Part shown: piece by piece, positions 55,908-64,000 of the stretch
Layout: every line of letters begins with the position of its first letter
Numbering within the stretch: position 1 is the first letter of the stretch
Assembly (NCBI GenBank): GCA_028872875.1
Contig: JAGWOC010000001.1
Coordinates: 49,983-113,982 of the forward strand
Reading direction: 5' to 3'
Origin: Chloroflexota bacterium
Lineage (GTDB): Bacteria; Chloroflexota; Dehalococcoidia; DSTF01; JACRBR01
Length of the DNA: 64,000 bases
The notes under the pieces: generated by a model
Database searches by the model: none
What the model was told of the DNA's origin: nothing
What the model saw: only the letters and a program-made list of their open reading frames with translations
Translations under genes and position numbers: made by a program

Positions 55908-56654
55908 TTGTCGACGCTCGCCAGCCCGTCCCCCCAACCCGCGCCCACCCCCGCCGCCCCCGACCTCATCATCGATGCCCGCGACGTCGTCAAGACCTAC
56001 CACTCCGACAAGGTGGTCGTCCACGCCCTGCGCGGCGTCTCCCTGAGCGTCCCGCGCGGCGAGATGATGGCCATCATGGGCCCGTCCGGCTGCGGCAAGA
56101 CGACGCTGCTCAACTGCATGAGCGGCCTCGACGTCATCGACGAAGGGCTCATCCTGATCAACGGCGGCGACATCAACAAGATGTCCGACAACCGCCGCAC
56201 GGAGTTCCGGGCGAAGCAGATGGGCTTCGTCTTCCAGTTCTACAACCTGCTCCCCGTCCTCAGCGCCATCGAGAACGTCGAGCTGCCCCTTCTCGTGTCC
56301 GGCACGAAGGCCAGCGTGGCCCGGAAGAAGGCCGAGGCCGCGCTCGACCTCGTGCACCTCGCCGAGTGGGCGCGCCACCGCCCCGCGCAGCTCTCCGGCG
56401 GCCAGCGCCAGCGCGTCACGATCGCCCGTGCGCTCGTCAACAACCCGGCCATCGTCTGGGGCGACGAACCGACGGGCGACCTCGACACGGAGAACGCCGA
56501 CGAGGTGATGGACCTGATCGCCGACCTCAACCGGCGCGAGGGCCAGACCTTCGTCATCGTCACCCACGCGCCCGAAGTCGCCGCGCGCTGCCACCGCATC
56601 ATCCGCATGCGCGATGGCAAGGTGGTCAGCGAGGAGGCAGGCGGCAGCACGTGA
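55908..56654 (+). CDS. ABC transporter ATP-binding protein (MacB/LolD-type)
   Basis: AGGAGG lies 5 nt before TTG 55908. Walker [10 protein letters not shown], signature [15 protein letters not shown], Walker [13 protein letters not shown]. The first 22 codons of the track ORF are upstream junk. Confidence 0.88.
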   Translation: MSTLASPSPQPAPTPAAPDLIIDARDVVKTYHSDKVVVHALRGVSLSVPRGEMMAIMGPSGCGKTTLLNCMSGLDVIDEGLILINGGDINKMSDNRRTEFRAKQMGFVFQFYNLLPVLSAIENVELPLLVSGTKASVARKKAEAALDLVHLAEWARHRPAQLSGGQRQRVTIARALVNNPAIVWGDEPTGDLDTENADEVMDLIADLNRREGQTFVIVTHAPEVAARCHRIIRMRDGKVVSEEAGGST

Positions 56655-59600
56655 CCAGCCTCTTCGGCATCCCGATGAACGATGTGATGATCGCGCTGCT
56701 GATCCTGCTGGGGATCGCGGTGGCGACCGTCGGCTGGGTCGTGCTGCGCAACCGCGTCATGTTCCTCATCGGTGTGCGCAACATCCCGCGCCGCCGCGCC
56801 CAGACCACGCTGATCATCGTCGGCCTGATGCTGAGCACGCTGATCATCGCCGCCGCCTTCAGCATCGGCGACACCGTCAACTACAGCATCACGAACCAGG
56901 GGTTCGAGGAGCTGCACAGCATCGACGAGACCGTGCAGGCGCAGGCGAGCAGCTCGGACGGGGGCGGCCTGGGCTCGGTCGTCTCGCCGCTGCCCATCCC
57001 GCAGGCACAGGCCGACAGCTTCGCGCAGGCGTTCCGGGCCATCCCCGGCATCGATGGCGCCGTCCCCGTCCTCCGCGGCAGCGTGCCCGTCACCGACCAG
57101 CGCAGCGGCCTCGCCGAGCGGAGCGCGGTCGTCGCCGGCGCCGACCCGGCGCGGATGGCCGGCTTCCCCGACATTGAGAGCACGAGCGGCGCCCTCCTGT
57201 CGCTCGCCGCGCTCGGGCCGGACGAGGTCTACGTCAACAGCTCGCTCGCCAGCAAGCTCGACGCAAAGCCCGGCGACCGCGTCACCTTGTACGTGGGCGG
57301 GCAGCCAACCACGTTCACCGTGAAGGACATCGTCAAGGACCGCGTGCTCACGGGCAGTGTGTTCGGCCAGCCGCAGGGCATGGCGATGAGCCTGGCGCGC
57401 GCGCAGGAGCTGTTCAAGCGCCCCGGCGAGGTGGACTTCATCGCTGTCTCGAACAACGGCGGCGTGCACAGCGGCATCAACAACTCGACCGCCATCACTG
57501 CCGCGCTGAACCAGAAGCTGGCGGCGCTCGGGGGCACGAAGTGGAAGGCCGACGCCACCAAGCAGCACCTGGTGAACCAGGCGGAAAAGGCGGCGAGCGG
57601 GCTGACCGCCTTCTTCGTCGTGCTCGGCCTCTTCTCCATCGCCTCCGGCATGCTGCTGATCTTCCTCATCTTCGTCATGCTCGCCGCCGAGCGGAAGATG
57701 GAGATGGGGATGACGCGCGCCATCGGCACCAAGCGGCGTCACCTGATGCAGATGTTCCTCTCCGAGGGCATGGCGTACAACCTGATGGCCGCGGCCGTGG
57801 GCTGCGCGCTCGGCGTCGCGGTCTCGCTGGTGATGGTGCGGGTAATGGCCGCGCTCTTCAGCCAGTTCAACCTCTCCATCGTCTTTCACGTGACCGCGCG
57901 CAGCCTGGTCGTGTCGTACGCGCTCGGCGTCGTGCTGACGTTCCTCACGGTGACCTTTTCGTCGTGGCGCATCAGCAGCCTCAACATCGTCAGCGCCATC
58001 CGCGACATCTCCGATGCCAGCGGCAAGCGGCCGGGACGCTGGTCGGCCGCCTTCGGCTTGCTCTTCGCCGTCGCCGGCCCGCTGCTGCTCTGGCTTGGCG
58101 TCGCGTCGCTGCAGGCGTTCCCGTACATGCTCGGGATCACGGTGCTGGCGATCGGCGTGGCGCTGCTCGCGCGGTTCGTCGGCCTGCCATCGCGGCCGGT
58201 GTTCACGGTGGCCGGCCTCTTCCTCGTCGGCGTCTGGCTGGTCGGCGCCGGCAACCACCTGCCGCCGAGCGGCATGCACGGCGGCATCGAGATGTTCTTC
58301 CTCAGCGGCATCGCGATGGTCACGGCGTCGACCTTCGTGCTGGTGTACAACGCCGACCTGCTGCTGCTCCTGCTCTCGCCCTCCGGCGGCGCCTTCTCGA
58401 AGCTCACCCCTTCGATCCGCACCGCGGTCGCCTACCCGCTCGCGAACAAGTTCCGCACCGGCATGACGATCGCCATGATCTCGCTCGTGGTCTTTGCCCT
58501 GGTGATGATGTCGACGATGAACGCGAACTTCAGCCGCATCTTCCTGAGCAAGGAGGCGCAGGGCGGCTACGACGTGCAGGTGACGCAGAACCCGAACAAC
58601 CCCATCCCCGACCTGAAGGCGGAGCTGGCAAAGAACGGATTCGATACAACAGCGATCAAGAACGTGAGCCCCGTGCTGGTCGCGAACGCGCGCGCTGCCA
58701 ACGTGCGGATGGCGCCGCCGGCCGGTGCGAGCCCGAGCATCAGCACGCCGCCGTACGACTTCGCTCCCTACCGCACGCTCGGCATGTCTGCCTCCTTCAT
58801 CGAGCACAACGCCGTGACCTTCCAGTCGCGCGCGAACGGCTTCGCCAGCGACGCCGCAGTCTGGCGCGCGCTCGCCGAGAACCCCGGGTACGCGGTCATC
58901 GACGCGTCGTCGCTCGGCGGCGCCGGCTTCAGCTTCGGCGGCGGCTCGCGGTTCCGGCTGCGGGGCGTGCATTCGACGGACACCACCTTCGCTCCGATCG
59001 CCGTGCAGGTGCGCGATGCGGCGACGGGCGCCACTCGCAGCGTCAAGATCATCGGCATCATCACGCTGCAGGCGAGCGAGACGTTCTCCGGCCTCTTCCT
59101 GACGCAGCAGACGTTCGACGCGCTGTTCACGCGCCCGGAGACGACCATCGACTTCGTGAAGCTGGCGCCCGGCACCGACGCGCGGACCGCCGCCAAGGGC
59201 ATCGAGAAGGCGCTGCTCCTCGACGGCGTCCAGGCCGATGCGCTGCGCGCGCTGATCGACCAGCGCCAGGCGCTCAGCCAGGGGTTCCTCTACCTCATCC
59301 AGGGCTTCATGGGGCTCGGCCTCTTCGTCGGCATCGCCGCCGTCGGCGTCATCGCCTTCCGGACGGTGGTGGAGCGGCGGCAGCAGATCGGCATGTTGCG
59401 CGCGATCGGCTACACGAAGGCGGCGGTCGCGCTGAGCTTCGTCATGGAGTCGTCATTCATCGCGCTGCTCGGGGTGCTGAGCGGGATCGGCCTCGGGCTG
59501 CTGCTCGCGCACCAGTTGATCACCGGCGCGGACTTCGCGCCGAATGCCATCTCGGGCTTCTACATCCCGTGGCTGCAGGTCGCCGGCATCGGTCTCTTCG

Positions 59601-59686
59601 CGTTCCTTGCCTCGCTCGTCATGACGATCATTCCTTCACGGCAGGCGTCGTCGATCCCGATCGCCGAGGCGCTCCGCTACGAATAG
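56651..59686 (+). CDS. ABC transporter permease with duplicated FtsX-type domains (MacB-like; 1011 aa)
   Basis: GTG 56651 overlaps the ATPase TGA (GTGA). Two repeats of (TM - large extracytoplasmic domain - 3 TM with FtsX-like [15 protein letters not shown] / [13 protein letters not shown]). The upstream part of track ORF 55868..59686 is another frame of the ATPase gene. Confidence 0.85.
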   Translation: MTSLFGIPMNDVMIALLILLGIAVATVGWVVLRNRVMFLIGVRNIPRRRAQTTLIIVGLMLSTLIIAAAFSIGDTVNYSITNQGFEELHSIDETVQAQASSSDGGGLGSVVSPLPIPQAQADSFAQAFRAIPGIDGAVPVLRGSVPVTDQRSGLAERSAVVAGADPARMAGFPDIESTSGALLSLAALGPDEVYVNSSLASKLDAKPGDRVTLYVGGQPTTFTVKDIVKDRVLTGSVFGQPQGMAMSLARAQELFKRPGEVDFIAVSNNGGVHSGINNSTAITAALNQKLAALGGTKWKADATKQHLVNQAEKAASGLTAFFVVLGLFSIASGMLLIFLIFVMLAAERKMEMGMTRAIGTKRRHLMQMFLSEGMAYNLMAAAVGCALGVAVSLVMVRVMAALFSQFNLSIVFHVTARSLVVSYALGVVLTFLTVTFSSWRISSLNIVSAIRDISDASGKRPGRWSAAFGLLFAVAGPLLLWLGVASLQAFPYMLGITVLAIGVALLARFVGLPSRPVFTVAGLFLVGVWLVGAGNHLPPSGMHGGIEMFFLSGIAMVTASTFVLVYNADLLLLLLSPSGGAFSKLTPSIRTAVAYPLANKFRTGMTIAMISLVVFALVMMSTMNANFSRIFLSKEAQGGYDVQVTQNPNNPIPDLKAELAKNGFDTTAIKNVSPVLVANARAANVRMAPPAGASPSISTPPYDFAPYRTLGMSASFIEHNAVTFQSRANGFASDAAVWRALAENPGYAVIDASSLGGAGFSFGGGSRFRLRGVHSTDTTFAPIAVQVRDAATGATRSVKIIGIITLQASETFSGLFLTQQTFDALFTRPETTIDFVKLAPGTDARTAAKGIEKALLLDGVQADALRALIDQRQALSQGFLYLIQGFMGLGLFVGIAAVGVIAFRTVVERRQQIGMLRAIGYTKAAVALSFVMESSFIALLGVLSGIGLGLLLAHQLITGADFAPNAISGFYIPWLQVAGIGLFAFLASLVMTIIPSRQASSIPIAEALRYE

Positions 59687-59741
59687 CGCGCCGCCTGCTC
59701 GCTGCCGTAGTCTGAAGCGCCGCGACAGGCGCACGGTCGCC

Positions 59742-59981
59742 GTGAGGCGCGGAAGCGAACAGGACGCCGCCGTGAAGACAGAGATCTGGGAATCCGACCC
59801 GTTCACGCCGAAGAAGGGCCAGCTCCTGGCGACGCTGGACAGCGAGTATCGCTTCCAGAAGGGTGACGAGGTCTACTTCGATGACGCCCCCACGCGCCTC
59901 AAGGTGCGCATCATCGACGTCCGTGTGCACATCAAGGGCGACGGTGCGGTGCACCGCGAGATCCTCGCCTTGAAGCTGTAG
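59742..59981 (+). CDS. hypothetical small protein (about 70-79 aa)
   Basis: VKTEIWESDPFTPKKGQLLATLDSEYRFQKGDEVYFDDAPTRLKVRIIDVRVHIKGDGAVHREILALKL has ordinary composition. The start is uncertain (GTG 59742 or GTG at VKTEI). No clear SD. Confidence 0.4.
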   Translation: MRRGSEQDAAVKTEIWESDPFTPKKGQLLATLDSEYRFQKGDEVYFDDAPTRLKVRIIDVRVHIKGDGAVHREILALKL

Positions 59982-60114
59982 CCCCGCCAGCCGCCCCCGA
60001 CTGCGGCGATGAAGGTGGGCGCCCCTCGCCCGCGCCCCGGGGAGCGCGCCGCATCCGCCCGGTGTCACTCGCAAGCGCGCTGCTTCGTTGACCCACAGGT
60101 GACTCGATGCTACA

Positions 60115-60132
60115 TTGCGCAAAATTGCGCAA
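60115..60132. promoter_or_regulatory. Rex-operator-like 18-mer TTGCGCAAAATTGCGCAA (two copies of the self-complementary octamer TTGCGCAA) overlapping the -10 of a TTGACC-17-TACATT promoter upstream of rex
   Basis: -35 TTGACC at 60088-60093, a 17-nt spacer, and -10 TACATT at 60111-60116. The 18-mer is palindromic except for its 2 central nt. The Rex consensus TTGTGAAnnnnTTCACAA shares the outer TTG...CAA and the 18-bp geometry. Confidence 0.55.
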
Positions 60133-60174
60133 TCGCCCGGCTTCTCCCGCCCCCGCCGCCGCGCAGGAGCCTCC

Positions 60175-60816
60175 ATGCCCATCGAGATCCCTGACGTCGT
60201 GATCGACCGCCTTCCCGTGTATGCCCGGGCGCTCGCGCTGCTCGACCGCAACGGCCGCGCAGTCGTGAGCTCCCAGGAGCTCGGCGCCCAGCTTGGCGTC
60301 ACGCCCGCCCAGATCCGTAAGGATCTCAGTTACTTCGGCCGCTTCGGCAAGCAGGGGCGCGGCTACAGCGTCCCCCGGCTGCTCGAGGAGCTGCGCCAGA
60401 TCCTCGGCCTCGACCGCGAGTGGACGATGGTGCTCGTCGGCGTTGGCCAGCTCGGCCGCGCCATTCTCGCCTACGGTGGGTTCGCGCCGCAGGGCTTCCG
60501 CATCATCGGCGCCTTCGATGCCGAGCCCGCCACCATCGGCCAGCAGGTCAACGGTGCGCGTGTGCAGCCGGCTTCCGAGCTCGAGGCATCGCTGCGCACG
60601 CGACCGGCCGACATCGGCATCGTCGCCACGCCGGCCGCGCAGGCGCAGCAGGTCATCGACCGGCTCGTCGGCTGCGGCGTCAAGGCGATCCTGAACTACG
60701 CGCCGATCGCCGCCCACGTGCCGCCGCACGTGCACATCAAGGACATCGACCCCGTGCTGTCGCTGCAATCGATGACCTTCTACCTCAAGAGCCAGCTCAC
60801 GGCGCCCGTGAAGTAG
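60175..60816 (+). CDS. rex: redox-sensing transcriptional repressor Rex
   Basis: AGGAG lies upstream of ATG 60175. RLPVYARALALLDRNGRAVVSSQELGAQLGVTPAQIRKDLSYFGRFGKQGRGYSV is the wHTH. VLVGVGQLGRAILAY is the Rossmann NADH-binding GxGxxG. Confidence 0.9.
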   Translation: MPIEIPDVVIDRLPVYARALALLDRNGRAVVSSQELGAQLGVTPAQIRKDLSYFGRFGKQGRGYSVPRLLEELRQILGLDREWTMVLVGVGQLGRAILAYGGFAPQGFRIIGAFDAEPATIGQQVNGARVQPASELEASLRTRPADIGIVATPAAQAQQVIDRLVGCGVKAILNYAPIAAHVPPHVHIKDIDPVLSLQSMTFYLKSQLTAPVK

Positions 60817-60848
60817 CGCGACGCGCGGCGCCGCCGCATTCCCGCCGC

Positions 60849-61769
60849 TCAGCGCCGCAGCCCGTTCCGCAGGAAGAACCAGAGGTTCGCTGGCCGCTCG
60901 GCGAGCCGCCGCATCAGGTACGGATACCAGTGCGTCCCGTACGGCACGTAGATGCGGACGCCGTAACCCCGCGCCCTGAGCGAGCGCTGGAGCTCCGGAC
61001 GGATGCCGTAGAGCATCTGGAACTCGTATCGATCGGGGGCGACCCCGTGCCGCCGGGCGGAGCGCAGCGCCGCCCGCACCATGCGCCCGTCGTGCGTCGC
61101 CACGGCGAGGCGTCCGCCCGGCGCCATCGCCGCGAAGTATGCGTCGGCGAGCCGCGTGAAGCTCTCGTCCACCTCGCGCTTCGACGCGAACGCCATGGTC
61201 TCCGCCTCGCGATACGCGCCCTTGACCAGCCGCACCGGCGCCCCCTCGCGCGCGAGCGCGTCGATGTCCGCGGCGCTCCGCCGCAGGTACGCCTGGATGA
61301 CGACGCCGACGCCCGTGTGCCGCTCCCGCGCCCGGCGGAAGATGTCGAGCGTTGCCTCGGTGTAGCGCGCGTCCTCCATGTCGATGCGCACGAAGGTGCC
61401 GGCCGCGGCTGCGGCGCGCAGCACCTCGTCCAGCGACCGCTCTGCCAGCGGGCGGTCGAACGCCAGCCCCAGTTCGGTCAGCTTGATCGAGATGCTGCTG
61501 CGCAGGCCGCGCGCCTGCGCCGCCGCCGCGAACGACGTGGACTCGGCAACCGCGGCGCGCACCTCGCGCTCGCTGGTCACCGCTTCGCCCAGGTACGAGA
61601 CGGTAGCATCGAATCCCCCGGCGTTGAGCCGCGCCACGGCGGCGAGCGCATCCGCCTGGCGCTGGCCCGCGACGAAGCGCCGCGAGAAGCCGCGGAAGCC
61701 CGGCACGGAGGTCGCGATGCGTTCGGCGGTGCCGCTGCGCGAGAGGGCGAAGATCAGCGCGCTGAGCAT
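60849..61769 (-). CDS. proline dehydrogenase (monofunctional PutA-like PRODH)
   Basis: ATG 61769 (MLSALIFALSRS...). RIDMEDARYTEATLDIF...GVGVVIQAYLRRS...VRLVKGAY...YEFQMLYG are the PRODH TIM-barrel motifs. The upstream 26 codons of the track ORF are junk. Confidence 0.8.
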   Translation of the reverse strand: MLSALIFALSRSGTAERIATSVPGFRGFSRRFVAGQRQADALAAVARLNAGGFDATVSYLGEAVTSEREVRAAVAESTSFAAAAQARGLRSSISIKLTELGLAFDRPLAERSLDEVLRAAAAAGTFVRIDMEDARYTEATLDIFRRARERHTGVGVVIQAYLRRSAADIDALAREGAPVRLVKGAYREAETMAFASKREVDESFTRLADAYFAAMAPGGRLAVATHDGRMVRAALRSARRHGVAPDRYEFQMLYGIRPELQRSLRARGYGVRIYVPYGTHWYPYLMRRLAERPANLWFFLRNGLRR

Positions 61770-61922
61770 GCAGGCAGCGTACGCGGCCAGGCGCCCGCCC
61801 GCACGGTGTCCGCGGCGCGCCGTGCCGGGCCGACTCGCCGCCCCCACGCGGTTGGCCGTATCTGCCGCGATCGGCTAGATTGGGCTGCCTGCTCCGGCCC
61901 CGCGATCTCCCGAGGTAGCCCG

Positions 61923-63488
61923 ATGAACACCGCCGAGTTCCTGCAGATCAGTTCCATGGTGGTACCCGACCGCACGGCCCTCGTGTGCGGCGACAAGCGC
62001 GTCACCTTTGCGGAGATGGCGGATCACGTCAACCGGCTGGCGAACTGGCTGCAGGGCGCCGGCGCCGGGCCCGAGCGGCCCGTCGGCGTCATCTCGGTGA
62101 ACGGCATCGAGTACATCGAGACGTACTATGCAGCCGCCAAGATCGGGGCCACGTTCGTGCCGCTCAACTATCGCGCGAAGCACGAAGAGCTGACCTACAT
62201 GATCAACACGTCGGACATCCACGTGCTCTTCGCCGGCCAGCGCTACCTCGAGCTCGTCGCGAAGCTGCGGCCCGAGACCGCGCACGTCGAGCGCTTCGCC
62301 TGCTACGACGTCCGCGCCGAGGGCATGGGCTACTATCCGGACATCATCGCGCAGTCGAGCCCGGACGAGCCCTTCGTCGAAGTCGACGAGAGCCGCCCGA
62401 GCGCGCTCATCTACACCTCCGGCACGACGGCGCTGCCGAAGGGGGTCGCGCTGAGCTACCTGAACCTGTCCGTGTACGTGACGAACACGATGAGCCCCGC
62501 CGACCCCGGCGTCGAGCCCGACGTGACGCTGCTCTCGGTGCCGATCTTCCACGTCGCCGGCGTGACGCCGATCATGTCGTCGGTCTGGGGCGGCCGCACG
62601 CTCGTCATCCTGCCGCAGTTCGACCCGAAGCTCTGGCTCGAAGCCGTGCAACATGAGCGCGTGACGCACAGCTTCGTCGTGCCGACGATGCTCAAGCGCA
62701 TCATGGAGCACCCGGACTTCGACACGTACGACCTCAGCTCGCTCAAGCTCATCACCTACGGCGCCGCGCCGATGCCGTACGAAGTCGTGAGCCGCGCCGT
62801 CGACGTCTTCGACTGCGGGCTGATGAATGCCTACGGCCAGACCGAGAGCACGTCCACCATGACCTACCTCGGCCCGGAGGACCACCAGATCCCGAAAGAG
62901 CCCGGTCCCGAGCGCGAGAAGAGGCTGCACCGCCTGCGTTCCGTCGGCCGCGCGATGGACGACATCGCCATCGCCATCATGGACGACCAGGGGAAGGTGC
63001 TCGGCGCGGGCGACGAAGGCGAGATCTGCGTCCAGGGCGCGCGCATCATGAGCGAGTACTACAAGCAGGCCGAGGCCACCGCCGCCGCCATCCACGACGG
63101 CTGGCTGCACACCGGCGACCTCGGCTACATGGACGACGAGGGCTACCTCTTCATCACCGGTCGCAAGAAGGACCTGATCATCCGCGGCGGCGAGAACATC
63201 TCCTCCGGCGAGATCGAGGCGACGCTCGACGAGCACCCGAAGGTCGAGGAGTCGGCCGTGATCGGCGTGCCCGACCCCGACTGGGGCGAGGTGATCAAGG
63301 CCGTCGTCGTGCCGAAGCCGGGCCAGAGCATCGAGCCGCAGGAGCTCATCGAATACACGAAGGCGCGCCTGGCGAGCTACAAGGCGCCGACGTACTTCGC
63401 CTTCGTCGGCGAGCTTCCCCGCAACCCCATGGGCAAGGTGCTCAAGACCGAGCTGCGCAAGCTCTACGGCAAGCCGGTGAATGAATAG
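61923..63488 (+). CDS. AMP-dependent synthetase/ligase (acyl-CoA synthetase family)
   Basis: ATG 61923 (MNTAEFLQISSMVVPDRTALV...). AMP-binding box LIYTSGTTALPKGV, then YGQTE and the C-terminal GWLHTGDLGYMDDEGYLFITGRKKDLIIRGGENI. Confidence 0.9.
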   Translation: MNTAEFLQISSMVVPDRTALVCGDKRVTFAEMADHVNRLANWLQGAGAGPERPVGVISVNGIEYIETYYAAAKIGATFVPLNYRAKHEELTYMINTSDIHVLFAGQRYLELVAKLRPETAHVERFACYDVRAEGMGYYPDIIAQSSPDEPFVEVDESRPSALIYTSGTTALPKGVALSYLNLSVYVTNTMSPADPGVEPDVTLLSVPIFHVAGVTPIMSSVWGGRTLVILPQFDPKLWLEAVQHERVTHSFVVPTMLKRIMEHPDFDTYDLSSLKLITYGAAPMPYEVVSRAVDVFDCGLMNAYGQTESTSTMTYLGPEDHQIPKEPGPEREKRLHRLRSVGRAMDDIAIAIMDDQGKVLGAGDEGEICVQGARIMSEYYKQAEATAAAIHDGWLHTGDLGYMDDEGYLFITGRKKDLIIRGGENISSGEIEATLDEHPKVEESAVIGVPDPDWGEVIKAVVVPKPGQSIEPQELIEYTKARLASYKAPTYFAFVGELPRNPMGKVLKTELRKLYGKPVNE

Positions 63489-63552
63489 TTCAGAGTGAGT
63501 TCATCGTGAATAGTGGACAGTGGATGGCGGGAGCCACACACAAACTATGGAA

Positions 63553-64000
63553 CTATGAACTCGCGCGGTACTCGCGCGCGCCCCGCACGTCGCGCCCTGC
63601 CTCCACGTCATCGATAAAATCAAAGACCGCCTGCTTCCAGAGCTGCGGCTGGTAGTCCGGCGTCGCGTGCGCCGCCCCGCGCACCGTCGCCATGCGCGCG
63701 TGCGGGATGAGCGATGCATCGCGCAGCGCGCAGGGATAGAACAGGTCCCACTCCCCGCACGAGACCAGCGCCGGCGCCGCGATCGACGGCAGGCGTGGCA
63801 CCAGGTCCGGCCGCGCGATCAGCGCCCGCGCGACGTGCACGTAGCCCGCCGCCGTCATGTCGGCGACCTTGCGGGCGTTCTCGGCGTCCTGCTCCTCCAT
63901 CGACGCGCGCCGCGTGCGTGCGTAGAGGTCCTGCTCGCGCCGGTAGCGGTTCTCGCGCTCGACCAGCTCCGCGAGCCCGTACTTCTCCGCGACGAGCGCC
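63553..64000 (-). CDS. alpha/beta-hydrolase-fold protein, C-terminal part (gene continues past the window end)
   Basis: The track ORF 63553..63900 remains open upstream to 64000 in the same frame (...LVAEKYGLAELVERENRYRREQDLYARTRRASMEEQD...). The C-terminal block CGEWDLFYP...GAAHATPDYQP is typical of the catalytic Asp/His region of alpha/beta hydrolases. Confidence 0.5.
   Translation of the reverse strand, partial: ALVAEKYGLAELVERENRYRREQDLYARTRRASMEEQDAENARKVADMTAAGYVHVARALIARPDLVPRLPSIAAPALVSCGEWDLFYPCALRDASLIPHARMATVRGAAHATPDYQPQLWKQAVFDFIDDVEAGRDVRGAREYRASS

Overview
This is a 64-kb, roughly 70% GC bacterial chromosomal segment. It carries GGAGG-type Shine-Dalgarno sites, frequent GTG/TTG starts, and many 4-nt start/stop overlaps (ATGA, GTGA). 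About 60 genes can be supported, mostly housekeeping: glyQS, proS, proA, rpiB, katG with a downstream fur-family regulator, obg-nadD, ruvB, pyrE, murA, mreB, rex, a GH1 beta-glucosidase, a GH15 glucoamylase-type hydrolase, two LLM flavin/F420-type oxidoreductases, a DarA-like c-di-AMP receptor, a MacB-like ABC pair, and a Tat-secreted DUF1800/DUF1501 pair. The gene content also includes an LPXTG protein, CSLREA and choice-of-anchor-Q-like modules, Rex, and DarA. That mix suggests a high-GC monoderm lineage such as Chloroflexota/Thermomicrobia or an actinobacterium, but this is inference only.

The less ordinary content is the following:
1. A single 2236-aa LPNTG-anchored surface protein fuses an RCC1 propeller, a Bacillus-LipA-type (AHSMGG) lipase domain, and two CSLREA/beta-helix/choice-of-anchor-Q-like modules.
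2. A roughly 40-nt palindromic element is conserved in the 5' leaders of katG and of a VOC/glyoxalase-family gene.
3. A near-consensus PerR/Fur box lies upstream of katG.
4. An ECF sigma factor with a Cys-rich tail, a zf-HC2 anti-sigma, and a CrtI-like FAD oxidoreductase form a translationally coupled operon.
5. A frameshifted RHS core remnant sits next to a secreted beta-helix protein, an S9 peptidase, and a low-GC islet.
6. A truncated HepT (DUF86) toxin remnant is present.
7. A repeat-dense 500-bp intergenic region lies upstream of the VOC-family gene.
8. CATAGT heptad repeats follow TAG stop codons at two loci.
9. An XRE regulator is translationally coupled to pyrE behind a perfect 10-bp palindrome.
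10. A Rex-operator-like 18-mer overlaps the -10 of the rex promoter.

No CRISPR array, transposase, rRNA or convincing tRNA was seen. Many long ORFs in the supplied track are antisense or GC-frame artefacts and were not called. One real gene, a TadG-like gene at the window start, is missing from the track and was recovered by hand translation.
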